Origin: Candidatus Poseidoniaceae archaeon
GTDB taxonomy: Archaea; Thermoplasmatota; Poseidoniia; Poseidoniales; Poseidoniaceae
DNA: 32,000 bases
NCBI GenBank assembly: GCA_943789275.1
Contig: CALSTM010000001.1
Location: 598,585 to 630,584, forward strand
Direction of reading: 5' to 3'
How positions within the stretch are numbered: position 1 is the stretch's first letter; every line of letters starts with the position of its first letter. The translations under genes were made by a program, and so were the position numbers. Below the pieces are notes generated by a model, which had not been told where the DNA came from, made no database searches, and worked only from the letters and a program-made list of their open reading frames with translations. Positions 7,250 through 15,661 of this stretch are shown here, one piece after another.

Positions 7250-9850
7250 TTAATCGGATGAACATTTCTTGCTAAAAGGTTCCATCGAAGGTCGAAAAGA
7301 CTGTTTTTGATACGAAAAGAACTTTGCAGCAAACACCAGAGAAGCGGTGGATAACCACATGCCGGGCCACGGCAAAGCACCACCAGTGTCCTCCTTGCCC
7401 GTTGAGTTGGGTGAACAGTTCTGTTCACACGGTTCCGGATCGACCGTTTCGTTCAACTCAGAATCAGAGGTGTTGCCAGATTCGTTGCCAGCAGCCGAAA
7501 GGTTACTCGCATCTGATGAGTTGGTGCCGTTAGCAGATGAATGGCCATCGTGAGATCCAGTCCCTTGTGAACCATTCTCCGTGCCGTTGACAGACGTTTC
7601 GTTTTCCATTTGAACTTCACAACCCTGTTCATCAACACTGGCTCCGGAGGGAGTACCGGGACAATCGTCCTCAAGGTCATTCACATTGTCGTTGTCTCCA
7701 TCCCGTTGACGAGATGAACAGCCGTTGATGTCCACAGCTTCGTTTGACCTCGTGAGTGAACACCAATCATCGCCGTCAAGCACACCATCGCCATCGGTGT
7801 CGGCATCGGAAATCAAACAGCCCGTGTCGTCAACGGCGACGTTGGGCAGTGTCCCCGGGCATTCATCCACCGTGTCTGGCGTACCGTCTTCGTCCGAATC
7901 GCTCCCCATGCGCTGCAACACACCTGGAAAGGCCGTACCAAACACGACGCTGCCTGATGCGTCAAAGGTGGAGGTTGAAAACACCGAACCTCCTATGCAG
8001 CGTTCCACGGTGGTTCCTGTTTGTGCGTTCACAAGTGTACCGCCGCAATCGGCATGCAGCAGGTATACGCCGTCAGCAGAAGCCCCGAGCACGCGTTGAA
8101 CGCCAGGGTGGGTCAAATTCAGCGCCCAATCCAAGGTGTCGTAACCTTTGGTAACGTAACTCTGGTCCCACCAATCGCCCTCTGCACTTGAAATCCACAA
8201 CATGGATCCATCGGGTGAGAATTGAACATACGCTTCAGCATCAAAACCAGTCACGGTGGTTTCTTTGGACCACGTGCTTGTCGACCATACATGCACTTGA
8301 CCTTCGCCACCTTGGACGCTGGTCGAACCTTCGCCAACGGCCAGCAGGCCGCCGTCGGGAGAGAATTCAATGGATTGGGGCCATGAAACACCGGAGAGGG
8401 AGGTGATTTCGGTCCAATCCGAGGTTCGCCAAATCGTAATGGCAGATGAGCGAAGGTTCGCCGCTGCTAACATTTGACCGTCGGGGGACAGATCGAGAAG
8501 GTCGGGGGCAAGGTCTGTTGAACCAGTGGACAGATTGATCGAGTTGGTCCCGTAGGTGGTGTTCCATCCATGAATCGAGCCATTCGTCGTGAGGGCGTAA
8601 ACGGTGCTTCCCTCGGGGCTGAACAGCACCGAGCCGACCTCGCTATCGGCTTGAAGTACGTGCTGGATTTCAACCGATGCACCGTTCCAAAGCACCACGC
8701 GCCCCCCTTCATCTCCTGTGGCCACAAGGTTTCCATCGTTGGATGTTGCAATTGCCCGTACTGTCCGGTCGTGAATCTGGGGTTCAACCAACAGACCACC
8801 CGTGGAGGCATCGATGTACCGAAGGAGGGCTGAACCTGTTTCTCCACCGACCATCATGGAGTTTCTGTCTGGGCTCAAGTCCACAACGCGAAGTTGTGTT
8901 TGACCGTTGCTGAAGAGCGTCTGAGTTTCTTGTAGCGTGTCCGTCGTTCGAATTCCGAGTTGGCCACCATAGGCCACCGCCAGCTGGTTGTCGTCGATGA
9001 ATGTCACATCGTGAATGGAGTTGTACCGAACATCATCACTCGCACTCAAACTCCAATTTTCTGTGTTCCAAAGCCGCAGGTCGCTGTTAAAATCTCCACT
9101 TGCGGCCATGGTGCCGTCCGGTGAGAACCCGAGAGCAGTCACCTGACTGGTGTGGTGTTCAAGCAAGTGGGTTCGGGTCCAATCGCTGGTGCTCCAAACG
9201 CCGATTGACCCGTTCGTATGGCCGACCATCAAATCATCACCGTTTGGTGAAAGAGCCAAGCTGTAAGGAGAGCCGTTGGGCAGAGGATGTTCCGCTAAGG
9301 TGGTCCATTCAGAGGTTGAAAGCACCGTGATTGTTGGCGAAGCCTGAGCGTTCGTGCCCGTGACGATAAGTTCACTTGAATCGGGTGAAAAAGCGATGGA
9401 ACGTGCGCTCAAACCGGCTCCCGGTTCGCGTACGCCCCAATCGTTCGTGTCCCAAACCCACAAGCCGCCCTTTTCGGAGGTGACAGCCAACATCGTGCTG
9501 TCTGGAGAGAACGTGATGTCCCAGATGCTCCAACACACCCCACAGTCAAAACTTGTCACCACTTCCCATGTTTGGAGATCCCATACGAGCAAACGCTCAT
9601 CCTCCCCTCCAGACGCCAGCCACCGGCCGTCTGCCGAATGGGACAAGGCCGTGACATCGTCAAAATGCCCCCCGGCTTCGTCCTCGAGGGCCCACGACTG
9701 AGGAGTAACGTCTCGTGCTTGAGTGGCGTTCGCTGTAACGAGGACAGATGTCAGAGGCAGCAGCAACAAGGCGCCAAAAAGCCACACGCTGACCATCTGT
9801 CTGTATGGGAGCTTTGGATCCGTGGCGTCCAAGGCATGTTGAAAGAGCAT
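7250..9850 (-). CDS. Secreted WD40/beta-propeller repeat protein with C-terminal TSP3-like repeats, an N/S/T-rich sequon-dense linker and a C-terminal TM anchor
   Basis: Signal-like MVSVWLFGALLLLPLTSVLVTANA (alternative start 9796). Classic WD40 units such as VTALSHSADGRWLASGGEDERLLVWD recur. DADTDGDGVLDGDDWC and DGDNDNVNDLEDDCPGT loops are present. The linker carries NETS, NGTE, NGSQ, NGTN, NSSD, NLSA, NESG, NTSD and NETV. The tail is LPWPGMWLSTASLVFAAKFF. Confidence 0.9.
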   Translation of the reverse strand: MLFQHALDATDPKLPYRQMVSVWLFGALLLLPLTSVLVTANATQARDVTPQSWALEDEAGGHFDDVTALSHSADGRWLASGGEDERLLVWDLQTWEVVTSFDCGVCWSIWDITFSPDSTMLAVTSEKGGLWVWDTNDWGVREPGAGLSARSIAFSPDSSELIVTGTNAQASPTITVLSTSEWTTLAEHPLPNGSPYSLALSPNGDDLMVGHTNGSIGVWSTSDWTRTHLLEHHTSQVTALGFSPDGTMAASGDFNSDLRLWNTENWSLSASDDVRYNSIHDVTFIDDNQLAVAYGGQLGIRTTDTLQETQTLFSNGQTQLRVVDLSPDRNSMMVGGETGSALLRYIDASTGGLLVEPQIHDRTVRAIATSNDGNLVATGDEGGRVVLWNGASVEIQHVLQADSEVGSVLFSPEGSTVYALTTNGSIHGWNTTYGTNSINLSTGSTDLAPDLLDLSPDGQMLAAANLRSSAITIWRTSDWTEITSLSGVSWPQSIEFSPDGGLLAVGEGSTSVQGGEGQVHVWSTSTWSKETTVTGFDAEAYVQFSPDGSMLWISSAEGDWWDQSYVTKGYDTLDWALNLTHPGVQRVLGASADGVYLLHADCGGTLVNAQTGTTVERCIGGSVFSTSTFDASGSVVFGTAFPGVLQRMGSDSDEDGTPDTVDECPGTLPNVAVDDTGCLISDADTDGDGVLDGDDWCSLTRSNEAVDINGCSSRQRDGDNDNVNDLEDDCPGTPSGASVDEQGCEVQMENETSVNGTENGSQGTGSHDGHSSANGTNSSDASNLSAAGNESGNTSDSELNETVDPEPCEQNCSPNSTGKEDTGGALPWPGMWLSTASLVFAAKFFSYQKQSFRPSMEPFSKKCSSD

Positions 9851-9936
9851 GTTTCATCGTTAAAGAAACCGCACTTGATGTTTTCGGGAATCATGCAACT
9901 CCGTTCGTGACAAATCCAGTGGCTTCCGTCCTCCAC

Positions 9937-10033
9937 CTCGTACCGGGAAACTCAATGGTTCCGTCCGTACAATCGTACGTAAGATCGGAGTGCTCGTACC
10001 GGGAATCTCGTAAGTTCCGTCCGGACAATCGTA
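9937..10033. repeat. Two tandem units (period 56 nt) that begin with a copy of the tRNA-Glu 3' end
   Basis: Unit 9937: CTCGTACCGGGAAACTCAATGGTTCCGTCCGTACAATCGTA. Unit 9988: GAGTGCTCGTACCGGGAATCTCGTAAGTTCCGTCCGGACAATCGTA. The 17 nt at 9988-10004 are identical to 15659-15675 (trailer plus tRNA-Glu 3' end). Confidence 0.8.
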
Positions 10034-10195
10034 GAAATTTCGAGCCTTTCAACGAAGCTTGTGTTGGACGAAAACCATCAAGAAATATTTGGTTTTGAAT
10101 AAGAATATCCTGCTGACAAAAAATCTCTCTACGATACCACCCCCGCTGGAGAAAAGCCTCAAAGACCGTAATTCGTATTGAAACGAAAGAATCGC

Positions 10196-10663
10196 TCAGG
10201 AATGATATCGCTTTCCGAGCCAATGGCATACTCGCTCTAGAAGTTGAACATCCTCTGTTGAGAAGGCTGCAAGTTCATCCGAATCGACATCGAGAACAGC
10301 CACGACGTCTCCAGATAAATTCTTGATTGGAACAACAATTTCACTGTTGGTGGTTGAACTGCAAGCGATATGTTCTGGTCGTTCGTGAACATTGGGTACG
10401 TCCTGAGTTTCTCCAATTCGTGCAGCTGCACCACAAATCCCCTTTTCGAAAGGAATGAAAAGACAACCATGCCCGCCTTGATATGGCCCAATCTTGAGCA
10501 TATTTGGTGAAGTTGTTCGATAAAAACCCGTCCAGTGGAAGTGATCAAACGCATTGTGAAGTTCACAAGCAACGGTTGCCATAGCCGAAATCCAATCATC
10601 TTCATCATCAAGAATAGATGTCGTTCTTGCGAAGACTTCGTCATGGTCCATAAGAACAATCAA
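10196..10663 (-). CDS. msrC: GAF-domain free methionine-(R)-sulfoxide reductase (fRMsr, YebR/MsrC-like)
   Basis: WTGFY...GPYQGGHGCLFIPFEKGICGAAA...HIACSSTTNSEIVVPI...VLDVDS matches the fRMsr signature, including the three conserved Cys positions. Confidence 0.9.
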   Translation of the reverse strand: MIVLMDHDEVFARTTSILDDEDDWISAMATVACELHNAFDHFHWTGFYRTTSPNMLKIGPYQGGHGCLFIPFEKGICGAAARIGETQDVPNVHERPEHIACSSTTNSEIVVPIKNLSGDVVAVLDVDSDELAAFSTEDVQLLERVCHWLGKRYHS

Positions 10664-10889
10664 GATATTGCTGTATTCAAATGTTCCGAGGACATGTAAT
10701 ATTCAGAACTGTGGTCAAGCACCTTCCGACTATCCTGATGAATTCCCTAATTTTTAATAGATTGTAAAATAACTTTCATCTCATAACCCTAGATACAGCA
10801 ATGGCGGTGCGAATAAGCATTGAAAATTCGAAAAATGGCTCAAATGTTTTCTGCATCAAACGTATCACAACATAATGACGTCAAATGAA

Positions 10890-10932
10890 TGCTCGTACCG
10901 GGAATCACGCAAGTTCCGCACGGACAATTCTA
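10890..10932. repeat. Third copy of the 43-nt repeat unit that begins with the tRNA-Glu 3' end
   Basis: TGCTCGTACCGGGAATCACGCAAGTTCCGCACGGACAATTCTA. About 38 of 44 positions match the unit at 9991 by eye. The first 14 nt are identical to the tRNA-Glu 3' end (15662-15675). Confidence 0.75.
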
Positions 10933-11113
10933 AGTCCTTACGTACAACTCATCGTACCGGAAAAACCACATCAGATGGACGTCAAAACTAAGGGTTCGAA
11001 CGCTTGTGAGTTGAAATCCATTTGGTCCGGAAGTTAATCTCCCAACAATGGCAAGCCAGTGTATTCAGCAGAATTGTGGCCTGGGTGAGAAATGGACCTT
11101 TAGGAAAATGATT

Positions 11114-12412
11114 TCAAAAGAGGCCATACATCCACAATTCGTCTCCGTTGGTTCCGTCGTCGGCTCGGAAAAAGAGTGTGTTGCCGATGGCTGTGAAATA
11201 TAAGGGAGAACTGCTGCCGCTTCCGCTGTTGATATCCTTAACCATCACCGTGCCTGAGGCTGTTCCGTCGCTCTTCCACAATTCTCTTCCGTTGGTTCCG
11301 TCGTCGGCTTTGAAAAAGAGGGTGGAGCCAATGACTGTGAGTAGGGAGGGATAACTTAGTCCGCTGCCATTTCCGCTGTTAATATCCTTGACCATCACCG
11401 TGCCTGAGGCTGTTCCGTCGCTCTTCCACAATTCTCTTCCGTTGGTTCCGTCGTCGGCTGAGAAAAAGAGGGTGGTGCCAACGGCTGAGATTTCGGTGGG
11501 ATCACTGCCGTTACTTCCGCTGTAGATGTCCTTGACCATCACCGTGCCAGAGGCTGTTCCATCGCTCTTCCACAATTCGAATCCGTTGGTTGCGTCGAAG
11601 GCTTGGAAATAGAGAGTGTTGCCAACGGCTGTGAAGTAGATGGGAGAACTGCTACCACTTCCGCTGTTGATGTCCTTGACCATTACAGTGCCATTGGCTG
11701 TTCCATCGCTCTTCCACAATTCGCTTCCGTTGGTTCCGTCGTCGGCTCGGAAATAGAGGGTGTTACCAACAGTTGTGAAGCCGCCGGGAGAACTGCCGCC
11801 ACTCCCGCTGTTGATGTCCTTGACCATCACCGTGCCTGAGGCTGTTCCATCGCTCTTCCACAATTCGGTTCCGTTGGTTCCGTCGGTGGCTTGGAAATAG
11901 AGGGTGTTACCAACGGCTGTGAGGTAGGAGGGAGAACTGCCGCCACTTCCGCTGTTGATGTCTTTGACTATGACCGTGCCTGTGGCTGTTCCATCGCTCT
12001 TCCACAATTCGAATCCGTTGGTTGTGTCGAAGGCTTGGAAATAGAGGGTGTTGCCAGCAGCTGTGAAGCCGTTGGGAAAACTGCCGCCACTTCCGCTGTA
12101 GATGTCCTTGACCATCACCGTGCCTAAGGCTGTTCCATCGCTCTTCCACAATTCTCTTCCGTTGGTTCCGTCGGTGGCTTGGAAATAGAGGGTGTTGCCA
12201 AAGGCTCCGAGATAGGAGGTAGAACTGCCCCAAAATCCGCTGCGAATGTCCTTAACCATCACCGTGCCTGAGGCTGTTCCATCGCTCTTCCACAATTCGT
12301 ATCCGTTGGTTCCGTCGTTGGCTACGAAAAAGAGGGTGTTGCCAACGGCTGTGAACCAGACAGGAGAACTGCTGCTACTTCCGCTGATGATGTCCTTGAC
12401 CATTATGGCTCT
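11114..12412 (-). repeat. Nine tandem 144-nt coding repeats (ELWxxDGT units)
   Basis: Highly similar nucleotide units. They produce mirror ORFs on the plus strand at 11148-11354, 11603-11839 and 11891-12127. Confidence 0.9.
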
Positions 12413-13663
12413 CGCACAAGTAATGTATGAATAATCAATTTCATCGGCGTTCAGCTGTCCGTCTGCAGCAGTTCCACTTCCATCGCCATTATCCAAACCA
12501 CTGTTCATTTGATTTGCAGCACCAAGGCAATATGCCGAGTAACTAATCGTGACTAGTTCAAACAAGGTGGCCGCACTGTATGTTGAGATAAGCGATGCAA
12601 TTGTTGAATTTGCACCACTCCAACCAGTTTGTAAAGTTGCAATAGTAGAATTTGCTGAATTCCAGCCCGAGATGAGAGTTGAAATCGTGCCATTTGCATC
12701 ACTCCATCCGTTCGTGAGCGATGATATCGTTTGGTTCGCACCGTTCCACCCTGTGGTGAGAGATGCAATCGTTTGATTTGCCGCAGCAAGATCACTTTGC
12801 AGTGAACTGATGGTTTGGTTGGCATTACCCCAACCAGTGCTCATCGAGGAAATGGTCTGGTTTGCATTCCCCCATCCTGTTGAAAGTCCTGAAATGGTCT
12901 GATTTGCTGTATTCCAACCTTGTTGAAGGCTGTAAATGGTGGCGTTTGCTCCCGTCAATTGGCTTGTAAGCGAAGTGACTGTTTGGTTGGTCGACGACCA
13001 TCCAGATTGGAGCAAAGCAATGGTTGAGTTGGCTGCAGACAAATCAGATTGTAAGGAGGCGATGGTCGAGTTTGCACTGTTCCATCCAGTACCGAGGTCA
13101 GTGATGGTTGAATTTGCTCCGCTCCATCCTGTCAGAAGAGTTTCAATTGTGGCGTTTGCATTGGCCCAATTTGATTCGAGAAGAGCAATTTGAGCATTGG
13201 CTTCGGACAAATCAGAGAAGGCTGCGGATAATTGAGTTTGTAAAGAAGTGACAGTGGACATGTTTTCGTTGATCGAGGCATTGAGTGCGGAGAGTTCGCT
13301 TTGAAGTTCTGCAACATCTTGTTCAGTGGAATTTTGTTCTCCTTGTGTACTTGCAAGTTGAGTTTCCAAACTTGCCTTTTCGGATTCCAAACTGGCAATG
13401 TCCTGGTTGAGGGTAGCAAGACTTACGCTGAGATTCTCGATGGCCCGCTGGAGAAGCCCAACATTGGATTGAGAATCAGCATAATCCGATTCAAGTTGGG
13501 AAATGTTGCTGAGCAGATCATTGATGGTGACGTTGTTAGCATCAATTTGTTCGGTGTACGGCGTGATGTCGACGGATTCTGAAGTCTCGTCTCCACCAAT
13601 ACAACCAGCAAGGGTTGCGGTGAACATCAAGAAGGCAAGGAACAGAGGAGTGCTGTTGCGCAT
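11114..13663 (-). CDS. Lipobox-anchored surface protein: coiled-coil region, fourteen 14-aa GWxxANxTIxxL repeats, a Ca-binding-like loop and nine ELWKSDGT beta-propeller repeats
   Basis: The N-terminus MRNSTPLFLAFLMFTATLAGC carries a lipobox LAGC. Nine units of 48 aa follow the pattern VMVKDINSGSGGSSP..T.VGNTLYFQA.DGTNG.ELWKSDGTASGT. The protein ends DELWMYGLF. Confidence 0.95.
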   Translation of the reverse strand: MRNSTPLFLAFLMFTATLAGCIGGDETSESVDITPYTEQIDANNVTINDLLSNISQLESDYADSQSNVGLLQRAIENLSVSLATLNQDIASLESEKASLETQLASTQGEQNSTEQDVAELQSELSALNASINENMSTVTSLQTQLSAAFSDLSEANAQIALLESNWANANATIETLLTGWSGANSTITDLGTGWNSANSTIASLQSDLSAANSTIALLQSGWSSTNQTVTSLTSQLTGANATIYSLQQGWNTANQTISGLSTGWGNANQTISSMSTGWGNANQTISSLQSDLAAANQTIASLTTGWNGANQTISSLTNGWSDANGTISTLISGWNSANSTIATLQTGWSGANSTIASLISTYSAATLFELVTISYSAYCLGAANQMNSGLDNGDGSGTAADGQLNADEIDYSYITCARAIMVKDIISGSSSSSPVWFTAVGNTLFFVANDGTNGYELWKSDGTASGTVMVKDIRSGFWGSSTSYLGAFGNTLYFQATDGTNGRELWKSDGTALGTVMVKDIYSGSGGSFPNGFTAAGNTLYFQAFDTTNGFELWKSDGTATGTVIVKDINSGSGGSSPSYLTAVGNTLYFQATDGTNGTELWKSDGTASGTVMVKDINSGSGGSSPGGFTTVGNTLYFRADDGTNGSELWKSDGTANGTVMVKDINSGSGSSSPIYFTAVGNTLYFQAFDATNGFELWKSDGTASGTVMVKDIYSGSNGSDPTEISAVGTTLFFSADDGTNGRELWKSDGTASGTVMVKDINSGNGSGLSYPSLLTVIGSTLFFKADDGTNGRELWKSDGTASGTVMVKDINSGSGSSSPLYFTAIGNTLFFRADDGTNGDELWMYGLF
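12584..13177 (-). repeat. About fourteen tandem 42-nt coding repeats (14-aa unit GW-x-x-AN-x-T-I-x-x-L-x-x), each containing an N-x-T sequon
   Basis: Protein residues about 163-360: SNWANANATIETLL TGWSGANSTITDLG TGWNSANSTIASLQ SDLSAANSTIALLQ SGWSSTNQTVTSLT and so on. Confidence 0.85.
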
Positions 13664-13735
13664 GAGCAGCGCTCAAGCATCTTTCACTTCTAGTTTGGCT
13701 GGATTCTTGTGCGGCGAAACCCCATGAATCACTGT

Positions 13736-13753
13736 GAGTGCTCGTACCGGGAT
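13736..13753. repeat. att-like direct repeat: 18 nt identical to the tRNA-Glu 3' end plus 3 nt of trailer
   Basis: GAGTGCTCGTACCGGGAT at 13736-13753 equals 15659-15676 in the same orientation. The flanks diverge immediately on both sides. Confidence 0.8.
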
Positions 13754-13894
13754 ACTATCTGCAAATACCATGGTGTTTTTCCCGAAATTATTAGCAATCA
13801 GCAGTTTGATGTAATACGACCATCTAACATGTATTGCAGTACGGTGCAGTGAGACTTAAATCTTACAAGAGCATCACCCATATTGGAGATAGAC

Positions 13895-14413
13895 ATGAAA
13901 GACGAATCTGAAGATAACACTTTATCCATACTTGAAAGGTTGGAGGAATTAGCTCTATGGCAGCCCAAAGATTTGGGTTTATCATATGTGAAATCAGGTG
14001 AAAAAACGGTCAAACTAATCACCCAAGAAAACAATCAAACTTCTAAGCATTACAGAGAATCAATGAAAGAGAGAATTGAAAATGTGGGATGGACAGTGGA
14101 CGAAAGTGAAGTAAAGATAAAGGAAATTCCAAAATATTCACCCAGTGAACAGTATATAATTGACCAACATGTTTCAATCCAAAACTTGAATTGTAACTGT
14201 GAAAGACCTATCTCTTCTTTCCCATTGAGCAAAGGAGTCTGGAGGCATACTGATGAAAAATTTCAAACAGTTTACGACGATGACGGTGAAAATACAACGA
14301 TATTATGGTCAGTGAATGTAACATGCCCTAGTTGCGGTATGGAAATCCCCCTTTCTCCGCTGCAATTTGGACTTATGTTAACAGTCAAATATTCAGAAGT
14401 GGGAAAAATTTGA
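13895..14413 (+). CDS. Hypothetical protein with a four-Cys (CxC ... CPxCG) putative zinc-binding C-terminal half
   Basis: The ATG at 13895 is preceded by GGAG 7 nt upstream. Cys pairs are NCNCERP and TCPSCG. I recognise no family. Confidence 0.6.
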   Translation: MKDESEDNTLSILERLEELALWQPKDLGLSYVKSGEKTVKLITQENNQTSKHYRESMKERIENVGWTVDESEVKIKEIPKYSPSEQYIIDQHVSIQNLNCNCERPISSFPLSKGVWRHTDEKFQTVYDDDGENTTILWSVNVTCPSCGMEIPLSPLQFGLMLTVKYSEVGKI

Positions 14414-14492
14414 ATTAAAGATCTATCTAGAAAATTCCGTGAATCAATTAAATATTATAGAGAATTTAAAAACAAATCTGTGGTGATTAACT

Positions 14493-15119
14493 TTGACTAA
14501 TCAGAAATTAGAAACAATGAATTTATTCGAGAAGTGGTATGAATTTACCGAACAAGGCACATTTATAGCTTGGTGCTTGGAAAGATGTGAACTTACTAAG
14601 CAGCAAGTATATTGTGAATTACTTGAATTAGCTTATGACATTCATTATCATTATCAAGAAGAGGTGTGGGAAGAATTAGAAAATTCAGAGAATATTTACC
14701 ATTTTTTCAACAAGCATGAATACTTAGATTGTATTTTTAGACCTTTTAATGATGAGATGCATACTCGATATTTTTTACGAGTTGTAGATGAATGTGAACC
14801 TGAGCATTTTCTCAAAGAAGAATTCGATTTTTTTAACCCCGACTTCTGTTCGGATATTATTTCATATTTTATTGACGTCGAGATGAATGGAATGATTTAC
14901 AAAGTAAAAAGGACATTTTTTTCAGATGATATAGACGGTACAATAAATTGGGAGTTGGAGGGTTTTGAGTCTACGCTCTCTTTTAGTTACTGGGAACAAA
15001 TCAAAGAAGAAAACGGCTATGTGAACATTGGCTATTTCCCGAATCCATATCCGTTTGAAATTCCGAGTAATCCCTTTAATGATTTAAAAATTCACAGAAA
15101 AAATAAAATTATTCCTTAG
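14493..15119 (+). CDS. Hypothetical, strongly acidic and aromatic-rich protein (orphan)
   Basis: The TTG at 14493 is preceded by GGTGA. An alternative ATG lies at 14517. It is rich in E/D/F/Y/W (EEVWEELENSEN, DECEPEHFLKEEFDFFNPDF). I recognise no domain. Confidence 0.6.
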   Translation: MTNQKLETMNLFEKWYEFTEQGTFIAWCLERCELTKQQVYCELLELAYDIHYHYQEEVWEELENSENIYHFFNKHEYLDCIFRPFNDEMHTRYFLRVVDECEPEHFLKEEFDFFNPDFCSDIISYFIDVEMNGMIYKVKRTFFSDDIDGTINWELEGFESTLSFSYWEQIKEENGYVNIGYFPNPYPFEIPSNPFNDLKIHRKNKIIP

Positions 15120-15498
15120 TGCGCTGCTTCTTGTATTCCTTGACATCTTTGCTCAACTGTTCAAGACCCCATATAAGATGCGAGAAGCCAGGATTACCTG
15201 CCCACTTCGGGAAGGCACCAGCCATACCTTGCCATTCGCTTCCATCAGTGACGGTGTCAGCGTCCAAATTACTGTACACAGCACGCATAATGCACCTCGT
15301 TATCGCTTTTGAAAATGCTTCTTGGTTTGCCAGCAGTGCTTCCCAAGATGGACTTGAAGGTGGTCCGCTGTGTACACGTACAATGAGGTCTATTGAATTG
15401 AGAAAATCATAAGCTGTACCAAAAGATCCAGTCAATACAAATTCATTCATCCAATTTATCGGGCTTTCATTACTGTTTTCTTTATTTTCATCGGTCAT
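15109..15498 (-). CDS. Hypothetical protein (orphan), convergent with the previous gene and overlapping it by 11 nt
   Basis: The ATG at 15498 is preceded by GAGGA 7 nt upstream. Length is 129 aa. I recognise no motif. Confidence 0.55.
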   Translation of the reverse strand: MTDENKENSNESPINWMNEFVLTGSFGTAYDFLNSIDLIVRVHSGPPSSPSWEALLANQEAFSKAITRCIMRAVYSNLDADTVTDGSEWQGMAGAFPKWAGNPGFSHLIWGLEQLSKDVKEYKKQRTKE

Positions 15499-15661
15499 TT
15501 CGATTCCTCTTTTTCTTTTTCAGAAGTGTTTACTTCTTTATTAAATTAAGAAATCAAGAGTATATGAATCAATTCTAAAAACTGGTAATAATGAAAAAAG
15601 TAGTTCCTTTTTGAATATTCAAAGAGTGAACGGTTAAAACTATAGAAGCGTTAACTGAGAG

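Larger units (their letters stand above)
13754..15661. mobile_element. Putative integrated islet or remnant at tRNA-Glu (about 1.9 kb, AT-rich, three orphan ORFs, no recombinase)
   Basis: It is bounded by the 18-nt direct repeat. It is visibly far more AT-rich than both flanks. It abuts the 3' end of an intact tRNA gene. Confidence 0.55.

Noticed and set aside
9937-10033. Possible CRISPR array, given the short direct repeats
   Set aside because: There are only two adjacent, imperfect units with no unique spacers of CRISPR-like length between them. The third copy is 0.9 kb away. No cas genes are present in the window.
9805-10229. ORFs 9805-10098 (plus) and 9891-10229 (minus) in the gap between the WD40 and fRMsr genes
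   Set aside because: They span the tandem tRNA-Glu-like repeats and have no motifs. The region is better explained as intergenic repeat DNA.
10664-11113. GGGTTCGAA at about 10993-11001, a T-loop-like motif suggesting another tRNA or tRNA fragment
   Set aside because: The flanking bases do not form a T-stem, and no acceptor or anticodon arm can be built around it.
11148-13582. Plus-strand ORFs of 62-93 aa scattered through 11148-13582
   Set aside because: They are repetitive shadows of the 144-nt and 42-nt coding repeats of the minus-strand gene at 11114-13663. None has an independent motif or start signal.
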